A stretch of 64,000 nt of DNA from an uncultured cyanobacterium (GCA_963744145.1 CAVUSO010000001.1:1472001-1536000); one strand, 5' to 3'; shown: positions 9,340 through 20,386, counted from the stretch's first letter. Program-made: numbers and translations. Notes: generated by a model not told the origin, from the sequence alone.

Positions 9340-11694
9340 TTATTTTGCCGAAATCAATATGCGATTTCGTCCCATAGTCTTAGCTTCATATAATAAAGTA
9401 TCAGCTACTCGATAAAGTTCTTGCCAAGAAATACCATCAAGAGGATACTCAACTACTCCAGCACTAAAAGTGATCTGAAATTTTTCCCTATTAGCATCAG
9501 TAAAATCTTGACCAGACCAGATTTTGAGGAAATCAGTTAACCGTTTGGCACCTTCCTCTCTGGTAATTCCATATAAACCTAAAACAAACTCCTCACCACC
9601 CCAACGACCTAATAGATCTTCAGACCGAAAGAACTGCTTTAAGTTTTTTCCCAATAGATAAAGCACTCGATCGCCAGCCGCATGACCATATTGATCATTG
9701 ACACGCTTAAAATGATCTAAATCTAGAATCATAAAACAAAAAGGCTGATCTTGACGATCGGCCAAACGGATTAATCGTTCTAGATCCTGAAGAAATTTGC
9801 GTCGAGTCGCAATACCCGTTAATTCATCAATTTCTGCAAATCTATGTAAAATTCGGGTTCGCTCTAACCGATTCAGAATCCGGGCAATTAATTCGGGTCC
9901 GACGATCGGTTTTTGTACATAATCATCACCACCAACTGTAAACACCTGATGAATCGTCTGAGAATCGTTATGAGCAGAGAGAAATAATATAGGTAAATCA
10001 CTCCAACATCGATCGCTACGCACCACCTGACAGAGTTCAATCCCGCTAAAATTAGGCATTTCTATATCTAAAATCAACAAATCAGGTGCGATCGCTTCTA
10101 ATATTTGCCAAAATTGCTGAGGATCGGCTAAAGTTCTGATCTGAAAACCCCAGGGTTCGAGGAGATTAGCTAAAGCTACTAACATCTGCTCATCATCATC
10201 GACAATCAGGATTTTCGCTTCTACTTTTTCAGTCCGACTAAGTTCTTGGGTAACTGTTTTGATAATTTCTTCTGGACTAATCGGTTTCTCTAAAAAGACA
10301 TTTCCCCCCAAACGTGCTATTTTCACCCGATCGCTTAATTGATTACAAGCAGTCAACACTAATACGGGCAGATTTGGAGTTTTGTGCTTGAGTTCAGTTA
10401 ATAGAGTCATCCCATTTTCATTCGTTTGGGGAAAAGTGAGATCGAGAATGATTACATTAGGTTGGTAGGACAAAATTATGCTTCTCGCTACTGTTGGGTC
10501 GGTTGCTACTTCCACCTGAAAACCCCATAGGATTGCTTCTTTTTTGATCTGTTCCGTCATCACCAGATCATCATCGATAATCAGCAAGCGACCTAAACCA
10601 ATGAGAAAATTAGGAGTGAGTGTTGTGGTAGTGGGTTGATTTTCGACAACTTGTTTTAGATGTACAACTAACTCTTCCAGTTGTTGTGCATGATCTTTAC
10701 CCAAATACTCCAAACCTAACAAATTTTCGATCTGTCTGGCTATTTCTGAACCTGTCGGTAAACCAAATGAACCCAATGAACCAATTAAACGATGAGCTTC
10801 TGCTTGAGCTGAGGTGCGAATTTGTGGATCTAGAGTTTCGGTCGAAATTTGGGCGATCGCTTGCTCCAGCACCATCATCCTGACAGCCAAACTTTCTTTA
10901 AATTTGCCCCACATTTGTTGTGCTACTGCTAGCACTTTTGCTTGAGCTTGACGCTGGTTTGTCCGATTTAACTGAGATAAGTGCGATCGCGTTTCAGTTT
11001 GATGGAAGAGAATTTCTTCCGGTGGTGCTTTGAGTCGATAACCCAATCCATATACTGTTTCAACTAAATCTGTAGTTATTCCTGCGGCTTTAAGTTTTTG
11101 TCTGAGACCTTTGATTTGAGTAGAAACCGCGTCTTCTTGGGGAAATTCACCACTAGGCCATACATGGTCAATAATAGCACTTCGGCTAAAAATACGTCCT
11201 GGATTTCTCAGGAAAAGTTCTAGTATGCTATACTCTTTTGGGGTAAGATGTAAAACTTTTCCTTCATAAGTCACTCGACTTGCATCTGGGTCAAGTTGCA
11301 GTTTTTCCCAAGTTAATATATGAGGTAGTATTGATCTACCCCGTCGCAATAAAGCCTGAATTCGAGCGATTAATTCTGATCCTTGATATGGTTTGACCAG
11401 ATAATCATCTGCTCCTGCTTCTAAACCGATGACCCGCTCATTGGTGGTATCTTTAGCACTTAACAATAGAATCGGAATCTGTACCCCCAGCGATCGCAGT
11501 TGACGACACAAATTAATTCCATTCAGTCCAGGAAGAATTATATCTAGCACAAGTAGATCATAATGAAAAGCTTGAACCAGTTCCAAACCCATTTGACCAT
11601 CTGTTGTGGTCTCCACCGTGTAGTTATGGTTGGTCAGTTCTTGTGCTAGAATATGAGCTGTTGCTTCATCATCTTCTACGAGCAAGATTTTCAC
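9340..11694 (-). CDS. multidomain response regulator REC-wHTH(OmpR)-HPt-REC-REC-GGDEF (RcaC-like with diguanylate cyclase domain)
   Basis: KILLVEDD, ETVYGLGYRL, AHRLIGSLGSFG (HPt), two more REC domains, RSEDLLGRWGGEEF. Confidence 0.9.
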   Translation of the reverse strand: MKILLVEDDEATAHILAQELTNHNYTVETTTDGQMGLELVQAFHYDLLVLDIILPGLNGINLCRQLRSLGVQIPILLLSAKDTTNERVIGLEAGADDYLVKPYQGSELIARIQALLRRGRSILPHILTWEKLQLDPDASRVTYEGKVLHLTPKEYSILELFLRNPGRIFSRSAIIDHVWPSGEFPQEDAVSTQIKGLRQKLKAAGITTDLVETVYGLGYRLKAPPEEILFHQTETRSHLSQLNRTNQRQAQAKVLAVAQQMWGKFKESLAVRMMVLEQAIAQISTETLDPQIRTSAQAEAHRLIGSLGSFGLPTGSEIARQIENLLGLEYLGKDHAQQLEELVVHLKQVVENQPTTTTLTPNFLIGLGRLLIIDDDLVMTEQIKKEAILWGFQVEVATDPTVARSIILSYQPNVIILDLTFPQTNENGMTLLTELKHKTPNLPVLVLTACNQLSDRVKIARLGGNVFLEKPISPEEIIKTVTQELSRTEKVEAKILIVDDDEQMLVALANLLEPWGFQIRTLADPQQFWQILEAIAPDLLILDIEMPNFSGIELCQVVRSDRCWSDLPILFLSAHNDSQTIHQVFTVGGDDYVQKPIVGPELIARILNRLERTRILHRFAEIDELTGIATRRKFLQDLERLIRLADRQDQPFCFMILDLDHFKRVNDQYGHAAGDRVLYLLGKNLKQFFRSEDLLGRWGGEEFVLGLYGITREEGAKRLTDFLKIWSGQDFTDANREKFQITFSAGVVEYPLDGISWQELYRVADTLLYEAKTMGRNRILISAK

Positions 11695-11813
11695 AAGCTT
11701 TTTTTATCCTCGATCGCCAAAGCCTATTTTTATTTTAGGCTGATCTTGATTAATCCGAATCTTAATTCCTTTGGCTCTCTGCTCGGTAAATAGCTAATTC
11801 TTGCTGACTTTTT

Positions 11814-12176
11814 CTACTGATTGGAACCAGTTTTAGCTCCATGAATACTCTCAAATTGGTTAAGCTGCTGTTCCGGTTCAGAAATAATTTTTCTATCCGC
11901 GTCTTTTTTGATATTTTTTTTCGTTTTCCCCCGAGGTTTTAAATATTTGGAAAACTGCGATGCAGATGGTGATAATTTTTGCTTGATTAACGACTCTGTT
12001 TTTTGGCTCACAGGATATTTGTTAGCCAAGCAATTCAAAATATAAATAGCTAAATCCTGATCTACTCCATCCCCAGCAAAAGCTGGTTTAGAGGGATATT
12101 CTAGATCAACTGCAAAAATGGTTTCAATTTCCTGAAGAACCTTCAGTAGTTGAGAATTAACAGGTGGTTTTTTCAT
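11814..12176 (-). CDS. hypothetical protein
   Basis: 120 aa ORF co-oriented upstream of the regulator; no motif recognised. Confidence 0.5.
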   Translation of the reverse strand: MKKPPVNSQLLKVLQEIETIFAVDLEYPSKPAFAGDGVDQDLAIYILNCLANKYPVSQKTESLIKQKLSPSASQFSKYLKPRGKTKKNIKKDADRKIISEPEQQLNQFESIHGAKTGSNQ

Positions 12177-12323
12177 GGTTTATTTTTATTTTTTAATTGG
12201 CCATGATCTAGATGGCGCTGAATTTGAGCTGGTAAAATAGTAAAATTTATGTCCCCTGTGTGAATTTCACCTGGGGAAAAGCAACAAATATGTTGCAATA
12301 GTTATAAAGATTAGGAAACAAAT

Positions 12324-12342
12324 TTGAGGAAATTTTGAGGAA
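12324..12342 (-). promoter_or_regulatory. candidate OmpR-type direct-repeat binding site
   Basis: TTGAGGAA-att-TTGAGGAA, 11-bp period, identical to 13190-13208. Confidence 0.45.
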
Positions 12343-12531
12343 TAAAAATTTTCGGCATTTTTTTTGTGAAAATCTGCACATACTAGACTAGAAATGGTAA
12401 TTCACCCACTAAATTAAATGAAGTGAGCCAAGATCCAGTAGAAATTAAACGGGTGATCGCCGATTCCACCTTTGACCACCATAAAAATCAAGGGAACAAA
12501 AAATATTGATGATACATCTAATCAGTTAGTG

Positions 12532-12927
12532 CTAAATTGCCAATTCCCAACCTAGCATTTTGGCGATTTGGGCTACTAAAGTAAGAGGATCGAAGGGTTT
12601 AGCGATCGCACCTTTAACTCCTAAATTGTAAAACCGCTGATATTCAGTTAAACTCAGTCTTGCGGTTAGGAAGATCACGGGAATTGACTGAGTTACAGGA
12701 TCGACCTGGAGGTATTTTAATACCACCAGACCATCCATTTCTGGCATCATTACATCAAGGAGAATTGCATCTGGTTGCTCAGAAATTGCTTTGGCTAAAC
12801 CTGCTGGACCAGAATCTGCTAATACTACCTTCCAACCCCCTAGTGATTCTAGACAAGCTTTCACAACTTGTCGGATATTGAATTCGTCATCAATAAACAA
12901 AATTCGTTTCGTTGTTATACTCTCCAT
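12532..12927 (-). CDS. single-domain response regulator
   Basis: ILFIDDE, LLDVMMPEMDG, IAKPFDP. Confidence 0.9.
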   Translation of the reverse strand: MESITTKRILFIDDEFNIRQVVKACLESLGGWKVVLADSGPAGLAKAISEQPDAILLDVMMPEMDGLVVLKYLQVDPVTQSIPVIFLTARLSLTEYQRFYNLGVKGAIAKPFDPLTLVAQIAKMLGWELAI

Positions 12928-12974
12928 TTTGTTTCTGTGGTTAAGCTAAGAGCATCTTTTTATAAGGATACATA

Positions 12975-13147
12975 GACTTGATCCCCCCAACCCCCTTAAC
13001 AAGGGGGAGCATGAATTTAAAGTCCCTCTTTTGAAGGAGGAGCATGAATTTAAAGTCCCTCTTTTGAAGGAGGAGCATGAATTTAAAGTCCCCCTTTTTA
13101 AGGGGTATTTAGGGGGATCTAAATCTCTGCAACTTCACATTAAATTG
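12975..13147. repeat. dispersed palindromic repeat with ~3 internal 33-bp tandem units
   Basis: GGAGCATGAATTTAAAGTCCCTCTTTTGAAGGA units; inverted homolog at ~33045-33178; TAAGAGCATCTT occurs on both sides (12947, 13151). Confidence 0.7.
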
Positions 13148-13189
13148 TGATAAGAGCATCTTCTTAGACCTATAAGATAAAACAAAAAA

Positions 13190-13208
13190 TTGAGGAAATT
13201 TTGAGGAA
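13190..13208 (-). promoter_or_regulatory. candidate OmpR-type direct-repeat binding site
   Basis: TTGAGGAA-att-TTGAGGAA, identical to 12324-12342. Confidence 0.45.
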
Positions 13209-13214
13209 AAATAA

Positions 13215-13595
13215 TTACCATTTCAGTAGAGCAGCCATTTGATCTGCTAGAGTCAAAGGGTCAAACGGTTTAGCAATTACTCCAGTTACACCGAGTTTGG
13301 CAAATTGATCTAAATCAATAGACTGCACCTTCGCTGTGAACAAAATAATCGGAATTTTTTGAGTAGCTGGATTATTTTGTAATTCCCGAAATACGGTTAG
13401 TCCATCTAGATCGGGCATCATCACATCCAGTAAGATCGCATCGAAATTTTCGCTCTCGATCAGAGCAAATCCTGCTCTACCTGATAAAGCTGTCTGAACT
13501 TCCCAACCTCCTAAGTTTTCTAGACAAGCTTTAATCACAATACAGAGGTTTATTTCATCATCGATTACCAGAATTCGCTTTCCTGGCATTAGCAA
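13215..13595 (-). CDS. single-domain response regulator (paralog of 12532..12927)
   Basis: ILVIDDE, LLDVMMPDLDG, IAKPFDP. Confidence 0.9.
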   Translation of the reverse strand: MLMPGKRILVIDDEINLCIVIKACLENLGGWEVQTALSGRAGFALIESENFDAILLDVMMPDLDGLTVFRELQNNPATQKIPIILFTAKVQSIDLDQFAKLGVTGVIAKPFDPLTLADQMAALLKW

Positions 13596-13642
13596 TAATT
13601 ATGGTTAAATTTACATAGGCTACTATAGCATCAATGAAATCA

Positions 13643-15487
13643 CTAATCAAGAAATTTTGGCAAAGTAAAATAAAAGCTACTACCTTGTCCAACAACACTT
13701 TCCACCCAAATTTTGCCACAATGCTGTTGGATAATACCCTTACAAATTGCCAAACCCAAACCTGTTCCTCCTTTTTGACGGGAGTCAGAAGCATCTACCT
13801 GTTGAAACCTAGCAAAAATAACTTCTAATTTATCAGCTGGAATACCCCGTCCTTGGTCTGTGACTTGAAATAAAACATGATCTGCTTGGTCTTTGAGATT
13901 GAGTCTCACCATTGTATTTGGAGGTGAAAATTTAATCGCGTTACTTAACAGATTAACCAGAGTTTGAATCACCCGATCGCGATCTGCCCAGACTTGTACC
14001 CCAGTTTGTTCAATTAATAGAGTTATATTATTTTGTAATGCTAAAGATTGTACCGTTTCTACAGATTCTTGCATCATCGCTAGCCCATCGCACCACTCCT
14101 GATTCAGTTCGACTTTCTCTGCTGTTAGTCGTTCTAAGTCAAGAATATCATTCACGAGACGCACTAATCGTTCTGTTTCGTGAAAGGCAATATCCAACAT
14201 TTGTTGAGCAGATTCCGGGTTGTTTTTAAAAACTCCTGCAGCTAGTAAACCAAGAGAACCCCGCATAGAAGACAGGGGTGTGCGGAGTTCGTGACTGACA
14301 ATGGAAATGAACTCTTTTTTCATAGTTTCCACTGCCCGACTATCCGTCACATCTTCTACTGTACCAACATAACCAATTAATTCATTGGGACTAGAAAAGA
14401 TCGCGGACTGTACCCTCCCAAACCGAATGCTTCGATCTTGATGGATATAACGAATTTCATCAGCAAATTCCTGTTTTTCAGAAATCGCTTTTGACCACTT
14501 GGTTTTAATTTTCTCTTGATCATCTGGGTGAATAAAATTGATCCAACCTTCTCCCAAAGCCTGATCAAATATGCAATCACTAATGACTTGATAGCGTGGA
14601 TTCGTATAGGTGAAATGTCCGTCACTATCCATCATAAAAATGCCGATCGGTAAACATTCACACAAGAAACGGTATTTCTCTTCACTCTGTTTAAGTACCT
14701 CTTCGATTTGTTTGCGATCGGTAACATCTAATAAAACACCGAGTGATCGACTCGGTTTTCCTGAGTCATCGTAGATAGTTGTCGAACGTTGCATGAACCA
14801 ACGAATAGAACCATTTGTATGGATTACTCGATATTCGCAATAGAAATCTGTGTGATTTTCTGCCGATTTAAAAAACTCTGGTTCCAGCCAAGCCAGATCA
14901 TCAGGATGAACCGAATTGCGCCAAATATCATAAGTTGGCTCAACACTATAGGGAGCTAAACCGAGCAGGGTAAAATGATTATCGTTCCAGATTACCTTAG
15001 TATCGGACATCTTCCAATCCCAAAAACCAATATTAGTTAAATCTATTGCTAATCTGCGACTTTCTTCACTCCGTTTTAGGTCTATTAATGCTTCCTTTAG
15101 ATTAGCATTTACTTCAGTCAGCTCTCTTGTTCGTTTTGCTATTCGTTGCTCTAGTTCATTTTTCAGCTCCTGAAAATTGCTAATTAATGCGCTACTGATC
15201 AAGGAAACTATCACAAAAGTACATAACGTAAATAACTCCTTCGAGGAAACAATTCTAACTATGGATAGGTGAGGAAACAAAAAATAAGTAATGCTTATTG
15301 TCGATAGGAAAATGGCAACAAGTGCTGATCGCCTATTGGCGTACCAAGCAGTTATAATGATGGCGATATAGAAAAATGCCCCAACGCTTCGCACTAGAAA
15401 TGGTTGTAGCCAGAATGTTAGCACTAAGGCGATCGCGGTAGTACCGATGGCAATTGCGTAGGGTAAAAATCGCTCATAAAGTTTCAT
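13643..15487 (-). CDS. membrane sensor histidine kinase with PAS domains
   Basis: About 4 TM helices, two PAS/PAC domains, SHELRTPL H-box, NLLSNAIKF, GGTGLGL. Confidence 0.92.
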   Translation of the reverse strand: MKLYERFLPYAIAIGTTAIALVLTFWLQPFLVRSVGAFFYIAIIITAWYANRRSALVAIFLSTISITYFLFPHLSIVRIVSSKELFTLCTFVIVSLISSALISNFQELKNELEQRIAKRTRELTEVNANLKEALIDLKRSEESRRLAIDLTNIGFWDWKMSDTKVIWNDNHFTLLGLAPYSVEPTYDIWRNSVHPDDLAWLEPEFFKSAENHTDFYCEYRVIHTNGSIRWFMQRSTTIYDDSGKPSRSLGVLLDVTDRKQIEEVLKQSEEKYRFLCECLPIGIFMMDSDGHFTYTNPRYQVISDCIFDQALGEGWINFIHPDDQEKIKTKWSKAISEKQEFADEIRYIHQDRSIRFGRVQSAIFSSPNELIGYVGTVEDVTDSRAVETMKKEFISIVSHELRTPLSSMRGSLGLLAAGVFKNNPESAQQMLDIAFHETERLVRLVNDILDLERLTAEKVELNQEWCDGLAMMQESVETVQSLALQNNITLLIEQTGVQVWADRDRVIQTLVNLLSNAIKFSPPNTMVRLNLKDQADHVLFQVTDQGRGIPADKLEVIFARFQQVDASDSRQKGGTGLGLAICKGIIQQHCGKIWVESVVGQGSSFYFTLPKFLD

Positions 15488-15496
15488 CTAATTGAA

Positions 15497-17008
15497 TTAT
15501 TTTTCTTTGTTTATTTCTTTTCCCGGTATAGTTTTGGTCGGAAAACTGGGTAGTTCAATTGCAGCTAAAGACTTCCGTTTTTTGACTGGATGTAAGGGAT
15601 AAACAATTGGTGCGGGCCAATTTAGTTTGGGCAGACTGTCTGGTGGTTTTTGCATCACCTGACTAGATTGCTCATCGATCGCTGATGGTAATTCAATTTT
15701 TGACTGGGAAATGTTCAGCTCTGACCCAATTCCACTGAGAGGATTAATCTGCTCAATATTGATGCTAGTTTTTGGTAATTCATCTCGTTGAACTAAAGGT
15801 GGAAGTGCTGGTTCAATTTTTTTGACGGTCTCCTGTTTGATGGTTTCAGCTCTAGCTAAATCTTGGTCAACTAATTTGGTTAAATCTTGCCATAGTGTTT
15901 CATCATTGATCGAAGTTTCTCTAGTCTGAGTCGGAGCAGAAATATCTGGATGATTTGTGGGAGCAACCACCGCAACAGTATCTAAAGTGACCTTGGTATC
16001 GCTAGGTTGAACTACTTCTGGGATTGAATCAGCACTCGGATTGTCATTATTTTCGTTAATAATGATCGTTTCATCCATCACAGGTTCTCCTGGTTCAGCT
16101 GACCAAGGTCGGACTGGTTGAGAACGGGGTAGAAAAGGACGAGCAACTGGGGTGGGGTCAGAAACTAGGTCTTCCTTATTTTTCTGGGTACTTACTTCAT
16201 TTTTCCCCACCGGATTTTGTCCATAAGGTGAGGGTAGTTCTAGACACTTTTCTAAAGCTGCTTTAAATTGCAATGTATGTCTTTGTTGACGGTTAAGACG
16301 CGATCGCAAATCCCGGGCTGTATTTTCCGCTTGAGAGAGTAAATGAGTTTGCTCATTGTATCTTTGCTGGGTCAATGCACATTCTCGTTCCAACTGTGCT
16401 ACTCGTTCTTGACTGCTTTCTAATTCTTCTGTTAATGTTTGCAGTAGAATTTGCTGACGCTGGTTATTTTGGCGCACCGATTCTACTTCTTGATTTAATC
16501 GTGTTATTTCGCTAGTTGCCTGAGATAATTCCTGAGTTTTTTGACCTAATAAGGTTTCTTGAGCTTGATTACGTTGCTGTTGTTGCTGTAATGTCTTTTG
16601 GTTTTGGTCTAATGACTTCTCTAACTGAGCTACTCGCTGGAGTAAATTACTGTTACTTTGGCGTAAATCTTGGACTATAGCCATCAGTTCCTTGCCCACT
16701 GTAGCCCCAATTGTATCACTATTAAGAATAAGATTAGGGGAAAATACCGATTCTCTGGGTGCTGTACCCAGGGACTTTTGCTCAAAAGTTATGGATGAAT
16801 TTAAGACTTCTTCCTCATCAAGATTACCCTGGGCGATCGCATCTATATTGATAGTATTGGGAAGATTAACAGTTTCCCATCCCTCTGCTGCTCCAGGTTT
16901 TTCTTGGGACAATTGGGCTGGATCTGTCACCTCTGGTGGGACATTAACCTGGTTCAGATCGGTGGGTTGATAGTTATGCTGGTGAATCGGAATGTCAGCT
17001 TCATTCAT
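15497..17008 (-). CDS. coiled-coil hypothetical protein
   Basis: Long Q/E-rich heptad region; WPAPIVYP...RKSLAAIELPSF C-terminus. Confidence 0.75.
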   Translation of the reverse strand: MNEADIPIHQHNYQPTDLNQVNVPPEVTDPAQLSQEKPGAAEGWETVNLPNTINIDAIAQGNLDEEEVLNSSITFEQKSLGTAPRESVFSPNLILNSDTIGATVGKELMAIVQDLRQSNSNLLQRVAQLEKSLDQNQKTLQQQQQRNQAQETLLGQKTQELSQATSEITRLNQEVESVRQNNQRQQILLQTLTEELESSQERVAQLERECALTQQRYNEQTHLLSQAENTARDLRSRLNRQQRHTLQFKAALEKCLELPSPYGQNPVGKNEVSTQKNKEDLVSDPTPVARPFLPRSQPVRPWSAEPGEPVMDETIIINENNDNPSADSIPEVVQPSDTKVTLDTVAVVAPTNHPDISAPTQTRETSINDETLWQDLTKLVDQDLARAETIKQETVKKIEPALPPLVQRDELPKTSINIEQINPLSGIGSELNISQSKIELPSAIDEQSSQVMQKPPDSLPKLNWPAPIVYPLHPVKKRKSLAAIELPSFPTKTIPGKEINKEK

Positions 17009-17259
17009 AATAGTAATCCAGAGGTTTATCTATTTTAATTTTCTTTATGATCAAATGCCATTTCATTTAGATTTATTTTATCCCCATCCCGATGGGGATA
17101 AATGGCAAACACAGATTAGATGTCGTTGCTAGAATTATATGTGGATGACTAGCTCCTTGACCCAAGTCAATCGCCCCTAGTGGGGAAAATATTAATCAAA
17201 TATATCTACAAATCTGTTTTGATGATCAATGGTTCAAGATTTTTACCACATTTGCTAAT

Positions 17260-18363
17260 ATGGCCTTAAATTTTCAGTTTGCTGTGATCAGCGATTTGCA
17301 CATTGCTCTTCCCCATACCATTTGGGACCAAACTCACCGATTGCATTTGGTGGAAACGAGTATCCCTTGCTTAGAATCTGTTTTACAGCATTTGTCTAAT
17401 TTAGATTTAGACTTTTTACTTCTACCAGGAGATTTGACCCAACATGGTGAACCAGATAATCATTCTTGGTTGGCTGATCGTTTGGCTCAATTGCCTTATC
17501 CAGTATATGTGATTCCCGGCAATCATGATATTCCATGTTTAGAGTCTGATGGTCGATCGATTGGAATGGCTGATTTCCCTTTCTATTACCGTCGATCTGG
17601 TTATCATAACACAGAAGAACTATATTACACTTGTGAAATTTTACCTGGGGTCAGGTTAATTGGTCTTAACTCTAACCTATTTGACGCTGATGGTAAACAA
17701 TTAGGACGGTTAAGCGATCGGCAATTAGTCTGGTTAGAACAGGTCCTAACTGGATCTCAGGATCAGTTAATTATCGTCACTATCCACCATAATATTCTCG
17801 AACACTTACCTGATCAATCTCGTCATCCCCTAGGACGTAGATATATGCTGGAAAATGCTTCTACATTATTACAGTTGTTACGTTCGGCTGGTGTGCAATT
17901 GATATTTACAGGTCATTTGCACGTTCAGGATATTGTCGGTGAGCAAGGATTATATGATATTACTACAGGCTCTTTAGTTAGCTATCCCCATGCTTATCGG
18001 GTTTTAAATTTTGCTGAAGATGATCAGGGTCGAAGAACTTTACAGATCGAGTCCCATCGAGTCACCTCTGTCCCAGAATACCCCGATCTCCCACAAACCT
18101 CACGAGAATGGATTGGCGATCGATCGTTTCCGTTTATGCTCAAGTTGCTAAGTGAACCCCCTTTAAATTTACCTCTTTTAGATGCTAAAGAATTAGTTCC
18201 TCACTTACGTTATTTCTGGGCTGAAGTTGCTGCGGGTGATGCTGTTTTTGATTTTCCCAATTTTCCTCCGACTGTGCGTCAGTTTTTGGAAAGTTTTAGT
18301 GCTACTAATACCTCCCTACCCATTTTCCATGATAATTGTGTGACTTTAAAACTAAATTTTTAA
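17260..18363 (+). CDS. calcineurin-like metallophosphoesterase
   Basis: SDLH, PGDLT, PGNHD, HH, TGHLH. Confidence 0.9.
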   Translation: MALNFQFAVISDLHIALPHTIWDQTHRLHLVETSIPCLESVLQHLSNLDLDFLLLPGDLTQHGEPDNHSWLADRLAQLPYPVYVIPGNHDIPCLESDGRSIGMADFPFYYRRSGYHNTEELYYTCEILPGVRLIGLNSNLFDADGKQLGRLSDRQLVWLEQVLTGSQDQLIIVTIHHNILEHLPDQSRHPLGRRYMLENASTLLQLLRSAGVQLIFTGHLHVQDIVGEQGLYDITTGSLVSYPHAYRVLNFAEDDQGRRTLQIESHRVTSVPEYPDLPQTSREWIGDRSFPFMLKLLSEPPLNLPLLDAKELVPHLRYFWAEVAAGDAVFDFPNFPPTVRQFLESFSATNTSLPIFHDNCVTLKLNF

Positions 18364-18382
18364 GATTGACATGATTAATTAA

Positions 18383-19075
18383 TCATGCTTCTTCCTGGAG
18401 ATTAGCTAGGAGTTTTTCCACTTGATCAACTTTAAAAAAGAAGATGATCTCTGCTCCAGATTGGGCATCATTTCCCAACATATTGGCATATTGTTTGGGT
18501 AACAATCCGCTCCATCGATCTAAGTATTTTTTAATTCCTGATGGGGGTAAATCAACTTTAAATAGGATTTTTCCAAATAAAATTGTGGTCTGACTGGCTA
18601 GATTATTGACTAATAGTTCTGCAACGGTACTTTCTACATAGTTAGGAACCATATAGGTAATATTGTCATCTAATACCTTACTAATTACTCCCATTAAGCC
18701 ATTGAAGAAAATATTACCAACTTCACCAATTGTTCTTTTAATTACTCCATCTTGATCAAGATGACGACGTTCTTCACCAGCAATAATATCGACAATTGCT
18801 TCTGAAGTATCTGGGGGAAAAACTAAAGTAGCAATCCCGGTAAATTCTCCTCTAATTACCAATTCCATGTTAGCCACCTGATCAACACCAAAACGTTCCG
18901 ATAGATCCTGGGCTAATTGCTGCTCAGAAAATGTTTTAATCGGACAGATTTGGAAGCAAAGGGGGGATTCACTTAAATAAGTCAACATGGAATTAGCACG
19001 ATTAATACCTTGGTTGAACAACTTCTGTAAGGAATTTATTTGAGCAACAGTTAAATTCATAGTAAATCCCCCCAA
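18383..19075 (-). CDS. CheC-like chemotaxis/phosphatase protein
   Basis: LFNQGINRA and IGEVGNIFFN resemble the CheC ExxN motifs (first one degenerate). Confidence 0.65.
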   Translation of the reverse strand: MGGFTMNLTVAQINSLQKLFNQGINRANSMLTYLSESPLCFQICPIKTFSEQQLAQDLSERFGVDQVANMELVIRGEFTGIATLVFPPDTSEAIVDIIAGEERRHLDQDGVIKRTIGEVGNIFFNGLMGVISKVLDDNITYMVPNYVESTVAELLVNNLASQTTILFGKILFKVDLPPSGIKKYLDRWSGLLPKQYANMLGNDAQSGAEIIFFFKVDQVEKLLANLQEEA

Positions 19076-19120
19076 ATGGGATCTAAGATTTTGATTGCTA
19101 GTTTAATCAGGACAACAAGA

Positions 19121-20386
19121 TCAACTCGAAAGTTGACGACAGATCCCAAATACAGAGGTATAGCCATGTAAGAAGGTACTACCACCCACTGGTCCAATTT
19201 CACCATTACAAAAAAAGCCACTAATCGGAATATCACCTAAGTAGCGACGAAATAGACCCGAATCAAAGTTAGGTTGACCATAGAGTCGTTCACCGCGTCC
19301 CAAACAGGAGAACATTAAAGCCCCAGCAGGAGGAGATAAGGTGGGATTTTGAGGATAGCGTTGGAGGAGCAGTTCCAAGTCTTCAGCCGAAGTCTGAGCA
19401 TCACGCAAATGGAACTGAATCCGTTGACCAGGACGAACCCGATCGCCGATCGCGATTGCCCCTGTTTTCGGTTCAACTCCTAGCAAATTGCGGATTAAGA
19501 AATCTCCTGGTTCAAGTTCTTGTTTAAACTCATCGCGAGCCACACCAACAAACAGGGAGTGCTGTGCTAATTCACGATCAGCTTCACTGAGATTTTGCAG
19601 CAAATTTTGGAGAATTTCCAGGGGTGAATGGGAGCTCATCCGATCGCCTGGAGATATTGGGGCTAACTCTAACACAATATTACGTTCTCCTTCGGTCACG
19701 CGAACGGGCTGACCAATGGGCCGACATCCTTGAGCAACAATAGTTTCCATCACAATATTGCCACTTAGAGCGACACCAACAGTACCTTCGCGGTAGAGAC
19801 GATAATTACAAAACAGACCATTATGGGCAGCACCAAAACCACTGCTAGCCATTCCCCCCACTTTAATCGCACCTGGATAGGCAAAATCTAAACCCTGGAT
19901 CAGGTCATTACTACCACCAGACATCAAATCAGCCAATAAGATAAATTGGGGCTGGTCAACTGGAGATACACCGATGAGCTGAACCCAAGTATCCGGAGGG
20001 CTATCTAAGTCTGGCAACTTTTCGGCAGAAATATGAAAAGCTTTTACTTTTACTTCTGGTAGATGCGCTAAAGTTAAACTTAAAGCGGGTTGAGCTTCTA
20101 ATTCTTGGGCTAAACCGAAGCCATTGACACCGATAATACCACTACCACTACAACCAATCAGCGTTGGGACACCGAGCCGTTCTTGGAGCAAGGGCATTAA
20201 TCGCGAGTATTCACTGGCAAAAGCAGAGGAAATAAAGACCAACGCCAGATCTGCTTTGACTAGCAAAAGTTGCTGCGCTCGAGTCACTACTTCCTCAACT
20301 GCTGCTTCGAGAGAAGGACGAGTTGATAAGGCATTTGCCCATTTCATCGGATTAGGCATGAATTTTACGTTAGTTAATCTTCCCAT
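19121..20386 (-). CDS. FIST N/C-domain sensory protein
   Basis: GCSGSGIIG, VGGMAS, VAQGCRPIG, FSCLGRG, GFFCNGEIGP, LHGYT. Confidence 0.9.
   Translation of the reverse strand: MGRLTNVKFMPNPMKWANALSTRPSLEAAVEEVVTRAQQLLLVKADLALVFISSAFASEYSRLMPLLQERLGVPTLIGCSGSGIIGVNGFGLAQELEAQPALSLTLAHLPEVKVKAFHISAEKLPDLDSPPDTWVQLIGVSPVDQPQFILLADLMSGGSNDLIQGLDFAYPGAIKVGGMASSGFGAAHNGLFCNYRLYREGTVGVALSGNIVMETIVAQGCRPIGQPVRVTEGERNIVLELAPISPGDRMSSHSPLEILQNLLQNLSEADRELAQHSLFVGVARDEFKQELEPGDFLIRNLLGVEPKTGAIAIGDRVRPGQRIQFHLRDAQTSAEDLELLLQRYPQNPTLSPPAGALMFSCLGRGERLYGQPNFDSGLFRRYLGDIPISGFFCNGEIGPVGGSTFLHGYTSVFGICRQLSS

Noticed and set aside
12975..13147. 33-bp repeats as a CRISPR array
   Set aside because: They are directly tandem without spacers and belong to a dispersed palindromic repeat also present at ~33.1 kb.
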